Program-made: the position numbers and the translations under genes | The notes under the pieces: model-generated | The model's input: only the letters and a program-made list of their open reading frames with translations | Databases searched by the model: none | What the model was told of the DNA's origin: nothing | In this document: positions 1 to 7,892 of the stretch, in pieces | Position numbering within the stretch: position 1 is the first letter of the stretch | How the letters are laid out: the number at the start of each line of letters is the position of its first letter | NCBI RefSeq assembly: GCF_000021865.1 | Contig: NC_014034.1 | Location: forward strand, 2,160,001 to 2,192,000 | DNA: 32,000 nt | Source of the DNA: Rhodobacter capsulatus SB 1003 | Lineage (GTDB): Bacteria > Pseudomonadota > Alphaproteobacteria > Rhodobacterales > Rhodobacteraceae | Direction: 5' to 3'

Positions 1-2267
1 TCGTGGCGCATTATGCATCGAAAGAGCATTTCTCGACACTTTATTCCGAGATCGTCAAAGCGGTGAAGGATGCGCCCGAAGTCTCCTCCGGGCTGCCGCG
101 GCTCAAGCTATTGCTGAAGCGGGCAGATGGTGTGCGCGGTTATGTGCATGGCCTGAGAGACACACGCAAACATGCATTTGCCACCAAGCTGCCCCCGCCC
201 CCCGCCCCTCGAGAACTTGACGATCCCGCGACGAAGGCGCGTTACATCGCCCTGTTGCGGCTTTACGACGGGCCATTCCGCGCCTACGCTTCTGGCATTA
301 CCGGAACGGCGCTTGCCGGACCTGCCGCGCGCGCCAAGGAAGCGGCAACCGCGCTGGCGCAAAGCGTGAACGTCACGAAGGCGTATTCCGACGTAATGGA
401 AGGGCGCACGAGCCGGTTGCGCCCCCCGAACGATGGCGAAACGCTGCGCGAATATCTCAGCGCCTTGACCGGCGAAACCGCGACCGAGTTCCGGGTGCAG
501 ATCGGGTACGAGTCCGACTCGGAAAACGCCCGCAAACAGGCGGAATTCATCGAGAACTATCGCCGCGACATGCTTGCCTTCATGTTCGAGGATTACATCA
601 GGGCCAAGGGCTTTGACTGGATATTGAAGATCGAGCCGGGCGCGACGGCGATGACCCGCGCGCCCGTCCTGCCCGAGCCGATCGATACGCGGGGCCAATA
701 CGAGCATTGGCAAGCGGCGCTCTATCTGGTGATGCATTTCGTTCCGGCCAGCGATGTCTCGAACCTGCTGCACCAGTTGCGCAAATGGGAGGCGCTTCAG
801 GGCAAATATGAACTGGTCCAGGACGGTGACGCCACGGATCAGGCGGACGCGAGGCGCGAGGCGCTTGATCTCGTCAAGCGCTTCCGCGATGTGCTGGTGT
901 TGTTCCTCAAGACCGGCGAGGCCCGGTTCGAGGGCCGCGCAGCGCCTTTCGATCTGAAGCCGTTTCGGGCGCTCTTTGCCAACCCGGCCACCTTTGACCG
1001 GCTCTTCATGGCCACACCCACAACCGCGCGCCCTGCCGAAGATGACCCCGAGGGGGACGGTGCGTCCGAGCCGGAACTGCGTGTCGCGCGCACCTTGCGC
1101 GGTTTGCGCCAGATCGCGCGCTACAACCATATGGCGGTTCTGAGCGATCTTTTCGCAAAGCACAAAGTGCGGGACGAAGAGGTGGCCCGCTTGGCCGAGA
1201 TCGAAGACGAGACGCAGGAAAAGTCACAGATCGTGGCAGCCCAGGAACTGCGCACCGACCTGCACGACAAGGTGATGAAGTGTCACCCAAAAACGATTTC
1301 CCCCGAGGAGCGGCAAAGTTACGCTGCGGCGATCAAGACCATCGAGGAACACCGGTTTCTGGTCGGACGGGTCTATCTGGGTGATCATCTGCGCCTGCAC
1401 CGGTTGATGATGGACGTGATCGGACGCCTGATCGACTATGCCGGGGCTTATGAACGTGACACCGGAACTTTCCTCATAAACGCGAGCAAGCAGTTGGGAG
1501 CAGGCGCCGATTGGGCTGTCACCATCGCAGGGGCAGCCAATACCGACGCGCGCACCCAAACCCGCAAAGACCTTGCGCATTTCAATGTGCTTGACCGCGC
1601 GGATGGCACGCCAGACCTGACCGCTCTGGTCAACCGGGCGCGCGAGATGATGGCCTATGACCGCAAGCGCAAGAATGCGGTGCCGCGCTCGATCCTCGAT
1701 ATGCTGGCACGACTTGGGCTGACGCTGAAATGGCAGATGAAAGATCACCTTCTGCAAGACGCGACGATCACTCAGGCCGCCATCAAGCACCTCGACAAGG
1801 TCAGGCTGACAGTTGGCGGGCCGGCGGCGGTGACAGAGGCCCGTTTCAGCCAAGACTACCTCCAGATGGTGGCGGCCGTCTTCAATGGCAGCGTCCAGAA
1901 TCCAAAGCCACGCCGCCGGGATGACGGGGACGCATGGCACAAGCCCCCCAAACCCGCGACCGCGCAAAGCCAGCCAGATCAAAAACCGCCCAACAAGGCA
2001 CCCTCTGCGGGCTCCCGTCTTCCGCCCCCGCAGGTGGGGGAAGTCTACGAGGGCGTGGTGGTTAAGGTGATCGACACCGGATCTTTGGGGTTTCTTGCTG
2101 TCGAGGGCGTTGCGGGGAACATTGGCCTGCACATTTCCAGGCTGAGAAGGATCCGCGAAGATGCCATCATCGTCGGGCGGCGCTATCGGTTCCGGGTGGA
2201 AATCTATGTCCCGCCGAAAAGTAACACGTCGAAGCTGAATGCCGCCGATCTGGTGCGGATCGACTGA
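1..2267 (+). CDS. cas13a: Cas13a (C2c2)-like type VI-A CRISPR effector, 5' end cut by the window edge; C-terminal S1/OB-like extension
   Basis: The frame is open from nt 1; the leading M in the ORF track is only the first GTG. Two HEPN R-x4-H motifs are present: LRDTRKHAF (153-179; R 156-158, H 171-173) and TRKDLAHFNVL (1560-1592; R 1563-1565, H 1578-1580). YAGAYERD and AYDRKRKNAV blocks flank the second motif, as I recall for Cas13a HEPN2. A same-strand CRISPR array starts 170 nt downstream. Codons are visibly more A/T-ending than in the core genes. Confidence 0.8.
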   Translation, partial: VAHYASKEHFSTLYSEIVKAVKDAPEVSSGLPRLKLLLKRADGVRGYVHGLRDTRKHAFATKLPPPPAPRELDDPATKARYIALLRLYDGPFRAYASGITGTALAGPAARAKEAATALAQSVNVTKAYSDVMEGRTSRLRPPNDGETLREYLSALTGETATEFRVQIGYESDSENARKQAEFIENYRRDMLAFMFEDYIRAKGFDWILKIEPGATAMTRAPVLPEPIDTRGQYEHWQAALYLVMHFVPASDVSNLLHQLRKWEALQGKYELVQDGDATDQADARREALDLVKRFRDVLVLFLKTGEARFEGRAAPFDLKPFRALFANPATFDRLFMATPTTARPAEDDPEGDGASEPELRVARTLRGLRQIARYNHMAVLSDLFAKHKVRDEEVARLAEIEDETQEKSQIVAAQELRTDLHDKVMKCHPKTISPEERQSYAAAIKTIEEHRFLVGRVYLGDHLRLHRLMMDVIGRLIDYAGAYERDTGTFLINASKQLGAGADWAVTIAGAANTDARTQTRKDLAHFNVLDRADGTPDLTALVNRAREMMAYDRKRKNAVPRSILDMLARLGLTLKWQMKDHLLQDATITQAAIKHLDKVRLTVGGPAAVTEARFSQDYLQMVAAVFNGSVQNPKPRRRDDGDAWHKPPKPATAQSQPDQKPPNKAPSAGSRLPPPQVGEVYEGVVVKVIDTGSLGFLAVEGVAGNIGLHISRLRRIREDAIIVGRRYRFRVEIYVPPKSNTSKLNAADLVRID

Positions 2268-2436
2268 AAATGAGGGTTCAGGTTCAGAACATGTCCAGCG
2301 CCATGAAATATATGGATATAATTCGAATTTTGCGTCCGGATACCGTGCGGATGGGCGAGAAAATTCAGGCATTTGTCGTCACCCTCCGAAACCTCGCCGC
2401 GGATCTCGATTGATTTCAGGGCGCTCCAGTGGTAAA
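2268..2436 (+). promoter_or_regulatory. putative CRISPR leader
   Basis: This is the most AT-rich stretch of the window and lies between the cas13a stop and the first repeat. It contains a TATAAT hexamer at 2317-2322, but I found no convincing -35. The degenerate repeat is at the far end of the array, which agrees with a leader on this side. Confidence 0.4.
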
Positions 2437-2610
2437 GGAGCACATCACCGCCAAAATGACGGCGGACTGAACCTAAGACGGGGACAGTCGACCAGAAACC
2501 CCAAGGAGCACATCACCGCCAAAATGACGGCGGACTGAACCTGCCGGGTCTCATTGAGGATAAGGGCAATCGTGGAGCACATCACCGCCAACATGACGGC
2601 TGGGGATGGC
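2437..2610 (+). CRISPR. CRISPR array with three 37-nt repeats and two spacers (31 and 32 nt); terminal repeat degenerate
   Basis: R1 (2437-2473) and R2 (2505-2541) are both GGAGCACATCACCGCCAAAATGACGGCGGACTGAACC. R3 (2574-2610) is GGAGCACATCACCGCCAACATGACGGCTGGGGATGGC; its first 27 nt carry 1 mismatch and its last 10 nt have diverged. The repeat has an internal CCGCC/GGCGG stem and an ...ACTGAACC 3' end, as in Cas13a 5'-handle repeats. Spacer 1 (2474-2504) is TAAGACGGGGACAGTCGACCAGAAACCCCAA. Spacer 2 (2542-2573) is TGCCGGGTCTCATTGAGGATAAGGGCAATCGT. Confidence 0.85.
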
Positions 2611-2723
2611 GACTTGCGGCAATCAAGACCTCCGCTCCGATGCCATCGGTCGCAGCCCCTGCCTTTGCTTGTCAGCCCGCAAGCCCCGCCTTAGGCTGAG
2701 GCCGAGCATTTCAAGGAGGCCGC

Positions 2724-4274
2724 ATGCTGTCGCCGCAGATTGCATCCCACCCGGTAGCCGAGCACAGCCTGTGCGTTTTTTACGAACTCGACGGAATTGA
2801 TCCTGCTGGCTGGACCGGCCCCCGCTTCGGCAATCTGACCCGAAACCCTGGACAAGGTATCCCCGCCGATCAGAAAGCCGCGCTGCAGGGGCGTTATGCC
2901 GAAGATGCGCTTTGGGAAGCCGACGAAACCCTTTCGGCGGGTGACGATTTTCATGCGCATCTGCAGGAATTGCTGTCGGGCGCGCGCCCCGACTTGGTGA
3001 GGTTCCATCGCCTGACCGAGAGGGGCCACCGCTTTCTCTCGACGGCCTGCCTTTATGAGAAGACAACACCGCCCGCAGACCGGATCGCCAAGCGGCTGCG
3101 ACTGAGCCTGACGTCAGCCGCCAAAGAACGCATTGCTGCGGCGGGTGTCGTGCCGGGCGAACTGGGCCTTGAGGTCGAAAGCCTGTCGCTTGCCCTTTTC
3201 ATGACCGCGCAGGGGCTGGCTTTGTGCCGCTTCGTCGTCGACCGCGAGGATGGCGCCCCACTTTCCGCGGTCGAACTGCTCGAGGCCACGGTTGCGCTTT
3301 CCCGCCTGAACGAGGTGCGATGGATCGACAAGAAGGCCAAAACCCCGATCGAAGCCCCAGCGTTTTCAATGGCGGCCTTGATCGGGCAGATGGTGTTTGG
3401 CAGCCGGTCACAAGCCGAGGTGTCGCGTCGGCTGTCGTCGCATGCGATGGTGCGCTTCGACGCCATCTTGCCGATAACGGACCGCGACCGGTACGCGCTG
3501 ATGCTGGCGCGGCATTACACGACGGATTACCAGCTTTCGCCCGATATCGGGCGCGTCGAATGGGTCAGGGATTTCGAGACAGTTCGACACGCCATTGCGC
3601 TGGAGGGGGCCGCAACGGTGATCGGCCCGACCGAAGGGGCGCCGACCCTGACGGAATTTCTGAGAAATTTCCGGACATCGACCTTCGATCGCCATTATCT
3701 GCCGATCGCGATCCTGGCGCTGCACGAGCGTGCCTTCCTCGTTGCCCGAACCGCGGCCTCAATCATGTCCGCGGCGGAGATGCTGGATGCGCAGAAATCC
3801 CTGCGTCGGTTGGCCGAGTTGCGCGAAGCGGCGCTGGTGCTCCGTCTGTGCTACCGGTTCTCGGAACAGAGCCATATTTCGATGCACAATGCGGTCAACC
3901 TTGCCTGGCGCAAGGTGTTGCGCCTCGACGAGATGCTGGCCGAACTCGACGACAGCATCCGCGATATCGCCGATCATCTGGAGCGGATCCACCGGCGTGC
4001 GCAGGAGCGGAAATTTGCCGGCGTGGCGATCATGGGCGGCGCCATCATCGCCGGCTTCTCGACCTTCTCGATCGTGAAGGATCTGTATGATCTGTTCAAG
4101 GCATCGCAGACTTACGGGTGGATCGGGGTGTGCGTCGGGGGCATCGCGCTGATCGGGGTGGCGGCCTTTGCCCATCGGAAAAGCGCCGTGTTTGGCGCCC
4201 TCGATCAGGACTGCTCCAAGAATTACACCGTCCATGCGATGTTGGAAAAGATGACGCGCCGCAGCAAGGACTGA
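2724..4274 (+). CDS. hypothetical CRISPR-adjacent membrane protein (516 aa) with a C-terminal two-TM hairpin, CorA-like topology only
   Basis: ATG at 2724 is preceded by AAGGAGG (2713-2719). A long, helix-rich soluble part is followed by TM1 FAGVAIMGGAIIAGFSTFSIV (4014-4076), TM2 WIGVCVGGIALIGVAAFAH (4119-4175) and a basic tail. There is no GMN motif and I recognise no family. Confidence 0.75.
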   Translation: MLSPQIASHPVAEHSLCVFYELDGIDPAGWTGPRFGNLTRNPGQGIPADQKAALQGRYAEDALWEADETLSAGDDFHAHLQELLSGARPDLVRFHRLTERGHRFLSTACLYEKTTPPADRIAKRLRLSLTSAAKERIAAAGVVPGELGLEVESLSLALFMTAQGLALCRFVVDREDGAPLSAVELLEATVALSRLNEVRWIDKKAKTPIEAPAFSMAALIGQMVFGSRSQAEVSRRLSSHAMVRFDAILPITDRDRYALMLARHYTTDYQLSPDIGRVEWVRDFETVRHAIALEGAATVIGPTEGAPTLTEFLRNFRTSTFDRHYLPIAILALHERAFLVARTAASIMSAAEMLDAQKSLRRLAELREAALVLRLCYRFSEQSHISMHNAVNLAWRKVLRLDEMLAELDDSIRDIADHLERIHRRAQERKFAGVAIMGGAIIAGFSTFSIVKDLYDLFKASQTYGWIGVCVGGIALIGVAAFAHRKSAVFGALDQDCSKNYTVHAMLEKMTRRSKD

Positions 4275-4486
4275 GCGAAGACCCGCGGTTCGGCCGGATA
4301 AACTCCTTTCTCTGCGGACGTGTTTAAGCCTTACGCAGCCTTCCCCCAACGAGGGGCCGGAATGGGTTGCGCGTGGCTCTCGCTGCGGTGCGCTCGAGTG
4401 ACCGCTTCGGCAGCCTGCGCCGGGAGGCGCGACCGGCGGTTAAGGGCCGTTCGCGTCGCCAGGCGGCGACGCCAGACCCTACCAGA

Positions 4487-5695
4487 TCACCCCGCGCTTG
4501 GCCTCAGCTGCACCACCTGCACCGACTCGCCGGTCACATAGTCCGCCCATCGCTGCATGAGCGCGGCGCGCTGGTCGAGGTAGTCGGATCTGGCGTAGGC
4601 GCGGCGCACCTTGTTGCCGATGACGTGGCCAAGCGCCGCCTCTGCCGCCAGATCGTGCGAGCCGTCCAGCGTATCCTGCACCCAGGTTCGGAATGTCGTG
4701 CGGAAACCGTGCGGCCTGCCCGCCTCGCCGATCTTGTTCACCGCCTTCAGCAGCGCATTCGGGCTGATCGGTTCCCCGCGATCGCCCGGGAACAGAAGGC
4801 CGGTCTCGGGATCGTTCGAGAGCCGTCGCGCCTCGGCCACGATGGCAAGCGCCTGGGACGAAAGCGGGACGCGGAAATCCGTGGCCGCTTTCAGCCGCCC
4901 CTTCACGCGCTCTTTCGGCACGATCCACAGGCTGCCGTCGATTTCGTTGAAACGCGCGCCCCGGGCCGCATCCCCCCGGACCGCGGTCAGCAGCAACAGG
5001 CGAAGGCACATCAGCCCGGAGGTGTCCCCGGCCAGCCGCGTGAACAGCACCGGGGCATCCTGCCAGCGCGTCGCGGCGATATGCTCGGGCTCGATGTGCA
5101 GATCCCCCAGCAGCTCGCGCGCCGCCGCCAGCGTGTCGGGGTCGACGGCATAACCGATGCGCTTGCCCTTCTTGAAGCAGAGGTTGAGCCGCGAATAGGC
5201 CTTTTCGGCGACCGTCGGCTTCATGCGCCAGATCGGCTGCAGCACGCGCACGAAATCGGCCGTCCGGAGCGATGACGCCGGGCGCGCGCCGATCTTCGGC
5301 AGCACATGGACGCGCAGCGGTGACATCCAGCGCCCCGCCTCCCCCTCGCCCTTGAGCGTGTGCTTGATCGCGCCGAAGACGGTGTCCACAAGATCCGACA
5401 GCGACGGGTCCTCACGCGTTGCCGCGGCCTCCCTCTCGCGCGCCCGCTCGGAGATCGGGTCCCGGCCGGAGGCGAGCACCGCGGCCCAGCGATCCCGCTC
5501 GCGGCGCGCCTGGGCGAGGGTCACGGCATCGAGAGAGCCCAGCCCCATGTCGCGGCGCCGCCCCGCGATCGTGTAACGGTAAAGCCATTTTCCGCCATCC
5601 TCGGTGCGGTCGAGGTATAACCCGGCGCCGTCGCCATATCGCCCCGGTGCCGCGGCCCGGATCTTGACCGCCGTCAGCTTGTCCCTTGCCCCCAT
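4487..5695 (-). CDS. int: tyrosine recombinase/integrase, P4-type
   Basis: The N-terminal arm-type domain reads KLTAVKIRAAAPGRYGDGAGLYLDRTEDGGKWLYRY. Catalytic signatures are LLTAVRGDAARGARF, HGFRTTFRTW and LGHVIGNKVRRAYARSDY. The ATG at 5695 is preferred; the open frame extends to a TTG at 5764. Confidence 0.85.
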   Translation of the reverse strand: MGARDKLTAVKIRAAAPGRYGDGAGLYLDRTEDGGKWLYRYTIAGRRRDMGLGSLDAVTLAQARRERDRWAAVLASGRDPISERAREREAAATREDPSLSDLVDTVFGAIKHTLKGEGEAGRWMSPLRVHVLPKIGARPASSLRTADFVRVLQPIWRMKPTVAEKAYSRLNLCFKKGKRIGYAVDPDTLAAARELLGDLHIEPEHIAATRWQDAPVLFTRLAGDTSGLMCLRLLLLTAVRGDAARGARFNEIDGSLWIVPKERVKGRLKAATDFRVPLSSQALAIVAEARRLSNDPETGLLFPGDRGEPISPNALLKAVNKIGEAGRPHGFRTTFRTWVQDTLDGSHDLAAEAALGHVIGNKVRRAYARSDYLDQRAALMQRWADYVTGESVQVVQLRPSAG

Positions 5696-5951
5696 ATCAG
5701 CCCCACACTTGGCCCCACATTGTCGATGCGGTGCTGGGGTATCACCCGCAACACCTTGAGACAATTACATCTTTGCGGCGTTGAGATTTCCCGGGGCGCA
5801 GAGTCAACCTGAGACGGCATGCAACACGGCACTGGTGCAGACCACCCGCACCATCTGACCTTTCTCTGCCTGCCCGCGCTGCCGTCTCGGGGCGTCTGTC
5901 TGGGCGAATCTTTTCGATCTTTCTGCCGCGCCGGGACCGAAAACGGCCCGG

Positions 5952-5987
5952 AAAAGCCGGTCGGCCCCCCATCGGGCCGCGGCTTTT
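5952..5987. terminator. A-tract/hairpin/T-tract bidirectional terminator-like structure in the int-tig gap
   Basis: AAAAGCCG-GT-CGGCCC / loop CCCATC / GGGCCG-CGGCTTTT forms about 14 bp with a 2-nt bulge. It has A4 on the 5' side and T4 on the 3' side. No annotated gene ends here. Confidence 0.4.
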
Positions 5988-6078
5988 CACCTTGCCAGCA
6001 AGGTCGCCAGCCCCTAGAAGGACGGCTGAAATTTGCCTGAGCGCGTCTTTTCGGCGCGCCCGAACCAGAGGAAACCCC

Positions 6079-7413
6079 ATGCAGGTCACCCAGACCCTCA
6101 ACGAAGGCCTCAAGCGCGGCTACACGATCACGCTGACCGGCGCCGAACTGGATGCGAAAGTCACCGAAAAGCTGATCGAGGTGCAGCCCGAAGTCGAGAT
6201 CAAGGGCTTCCGCAAGGGCAAGGTGCCGATGGCGATGCTGCGCAAGAACTTCGGCGACCGCGTTCTGGGCGATGTCCTGAACGAATCCGTCGATGGCGCG
6301 ATCAAGGACTTGCTCGATCAATCGGGCGACCGTCCGGCGCTGCAGCCGAAGGTCGAGATGGAAAACGGCAAGGACTGGAAGCCGGGCACCGACGCGATCT
6401 TCACCGTCTCCTATGAAGCCCTGCCGCCGATCCCGGCCTTTGACCGCGCCACCGTCACGCTGGAGCGTCTGGTGGTGAAGGCCGACGAAGCTTCGGTGAC
6501 CGAGGCGCTGGAAAACCTGGCGAAATCGGCGCAGGCCTTCGAGGACCGCAAGAAAGGCACCAAGGCCAAGGACGGCGATCAGGTCGTGATCGACTTCGAA
6601 GGCTTCCTCGGCGACGAACCCTTCGAGGGCGGCAAGGGCGAGGAATATCCGCTCGTCCTCGGCTCGAACTCGTTCATCCCGGGCTTTGAAGATCAGCTCG
6701 TCGGCGCGAAAGCGGGCGAAGATGTCGAAGTGAAAGTGACCTTCCCGGCCGAATACGGCGCCGCGCATCTGGCGGGCAAGGAAGCCACCTTCAAATGCCA
6801 CGTCCATGCGGTGAAGGCCCCGAAACCGGCCGAGATCGACGACGAGCTGGCGAAGAAATTCGGCGCCGCCGATCTGGAAGCGCTGAAGGGCCAGGTCGCC
6901 TCGCGTCTGGAAGCGGAATACAAGGGCGCCTCGCGGGCGATCCTGAAGCGTGCCCTGCTCGACATTCTGGATGCGCAAGTGAAATTCGACCTGCCGCCGT
7001 CGCTGGTCGAGGCCGAAGCCGGTCAGATCGCGCACCAGCTCTGGCACGAGGAAAACCCGGATCATCACGGCCACGACCATGGCGCGGTGGAGCCGACCGA
7101 AGAGCACAAGACCCTGGCCGAGCGCCGCGTGCGTCTGGGCCTGCTGCTCGCCGAGCTGGGCCGCAACGAGAAGATCGAAGTGACCGACGCCGAGATGACG
7201 CAAGCCGTTCTCGCCGCGGCGCGTCAATACCCGGGCCACGAGCGCGAGTTCTTCGAATTCGTCAAGGGCAACGCGCAGATGCAACAGCAGATCCGCGCGC
7301 CGCTCTACGAAGAAAAGGTGATCGATTTCATCGTCGCGGGCGCTGCCGTGACCGAGAAAGAGGTCAGCAAGGAAGAGCTGCAGAAAGCCATCGAAGCGCT
7401 GGACGAGCTCTGA
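6079..7413 (+). CDS. tig: trigger factor
   Basis: [19 protein letters not shown]... shows full-length similarity to trigger factor, including the FKBP-type core ([20 protein letters not shown]). The ATG at 6079 follows AGAGGAAA. The track ORF start at 5992 is an upstream extension. Confidence 0.95.
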   Translation: MQVTQTLNEGLKRGYTITLTGAELDAKVTEKLIEVQPEVEIKGFRKGKVPMAMLRKNFGDRVLGDVLNESVDGAIKDLLDQSGDRPALQPKVEMENGKDWKPGTDAIFTVSYEALPPIPAFDRATVTLERLVVKADEASVTEALENLAKSAQAFEDRKKGTKAKDGDQVVIDFEGFLGDEPFEGGKGEEYPLVLGSNSFIPGFEDQLVGAKAGEDVEVKVTFPAEYGAAHLAGKEATFKCHVHAVKAPKPAEIDDELAKKFGAADLEALKGQVASRLEAEYKGASRAILKRALLDILDAQVKFDLPPSLVEAEAGQIAHQLWHEENPDHHGHDHGAVEPTEEHKTLAERRVRLGLLLAELGRNEKIEVTDAEMTQAVLAAARQYPGHEREFFEFVKGNAQMQQQIRAPLYEEKVIDFIVAGAAVTEKEVSKEELQKAIEALDEL

Positions 7414-7434
7414 TCCCCCCCGGACAGTGACAGC

Positions 7435-7464
7435 AAAGGCCGCCCCTTGGGGCGGCCTTTTCCG
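7435..7464 (+). terminator. rho-independent terminator of tig
   Basis: AAAGGCCGCCCC-TT-GGGGCGGCCTTT is a perfect 12-nt inverted repeat that runs into TTTTCC. Confidence 0.8.
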
Positions 7465-7473
7465 TGCGGGGCC

Positions 7474-7706
7474 TCAATTCGCGCGGACGAATCGGGGCGC
7501 CGTCACCGGGCGCGGTACCGGCGGCTCGGGCAAAGCCACCGGGTCGAACGACGACCGCACGCTTTGGGCGTTTTCGGAAATCTGCACCAGCGCGCGCCGA
7601 CCGAAATCGGGCCAGAACCGATCCAGCGCCCCCAGCTGACGCCTTCGGCATGCAGAATGCCCAAAGTCATCCCGAAAAGCACCATCGCCGCAATCCTGAA
7701 TTCCAT
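7474..7706 (-). CDS. small hypothetical single-TM protein, apparently interrupted by a 1-nt homopolymer frameshift
   Basis: ATG at 7706 is preceded by AAGGAGA. The N-terminus MEFRIAAMVLFGMTLGILHAEG is hydrophobic. After the C5 run at 7629-7633 (G5 in gene sense), the adjacent frame reads GALDRFWPDFGRRALVQISENAQSVRSSFDPVALPEPPVP..., has much higher GC3 and stops at 7474. The uncorrected ORF is 7503..7706. Confidence 0.4.
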
Positions 7707-7892
7707 CGCATTCTCCTTGCAGGTGCCGCCGCGCCCGATCCGGAAACCGGGCGCGGGAACCTGTCACTCGTGACCACGTGAACAGACCCCCGACGGGGAG
7801 GTCTTGCAACCATAAGATGAAATTTCGGCGGAAATAGGAAACAGTTTCGTCAAATTTTGTGCATTTTCCGTGCCGCGCAAAACCCTTGCGGC

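Larger units (their letters stand above)
1..5764. mobile_element. putative integrase-bounded genomic island carrying the type VI locus; left end outside the window
   Basis: The cargo (cas13a, array, 516-aa gene) is followed by a convergent P4-type integrase and then directly by the core gene tig. Cargo codon usage is more A/T-ending than in the core genes. No att repeat or tRNA was identified. Confidence 0.4.

Noticed and set aside
2724-4274. Annotating the 516-aa protein outright as a CorA magnesium transporter.
   Set aside because: Only the topology matches (long helices plus two C-terminal TM segments). The diagnostic GMN motif after TM1 is absent, and I recognise no sequence similarity.
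2268-4486. Small or overlapping ORFs near the array (2204-2443, 2239-2538, 2606-2800, 3224-4090, 3759-4349) as possible cas1/cas2 or other cas accessory genes.
   Set aside because: They overlap the array, the leader or the 516-aa CDS in other frames. They have biased Arg/Pro composition and lack SD sequences. None shows Cas1, Cas2 or any other Cas motif.
5765-5930. A tRNA or tmRNA integration target next to the integrase; the minus strand ends ...GGTCTGCACCA at 5833.
   Set aside because: No matching 5' acceptor arm, T-loop (TTCRA) or D-arm could be folded from the adjacent 90 nt. At most it is a short 3' remnant, which cannot be established without the other island end.
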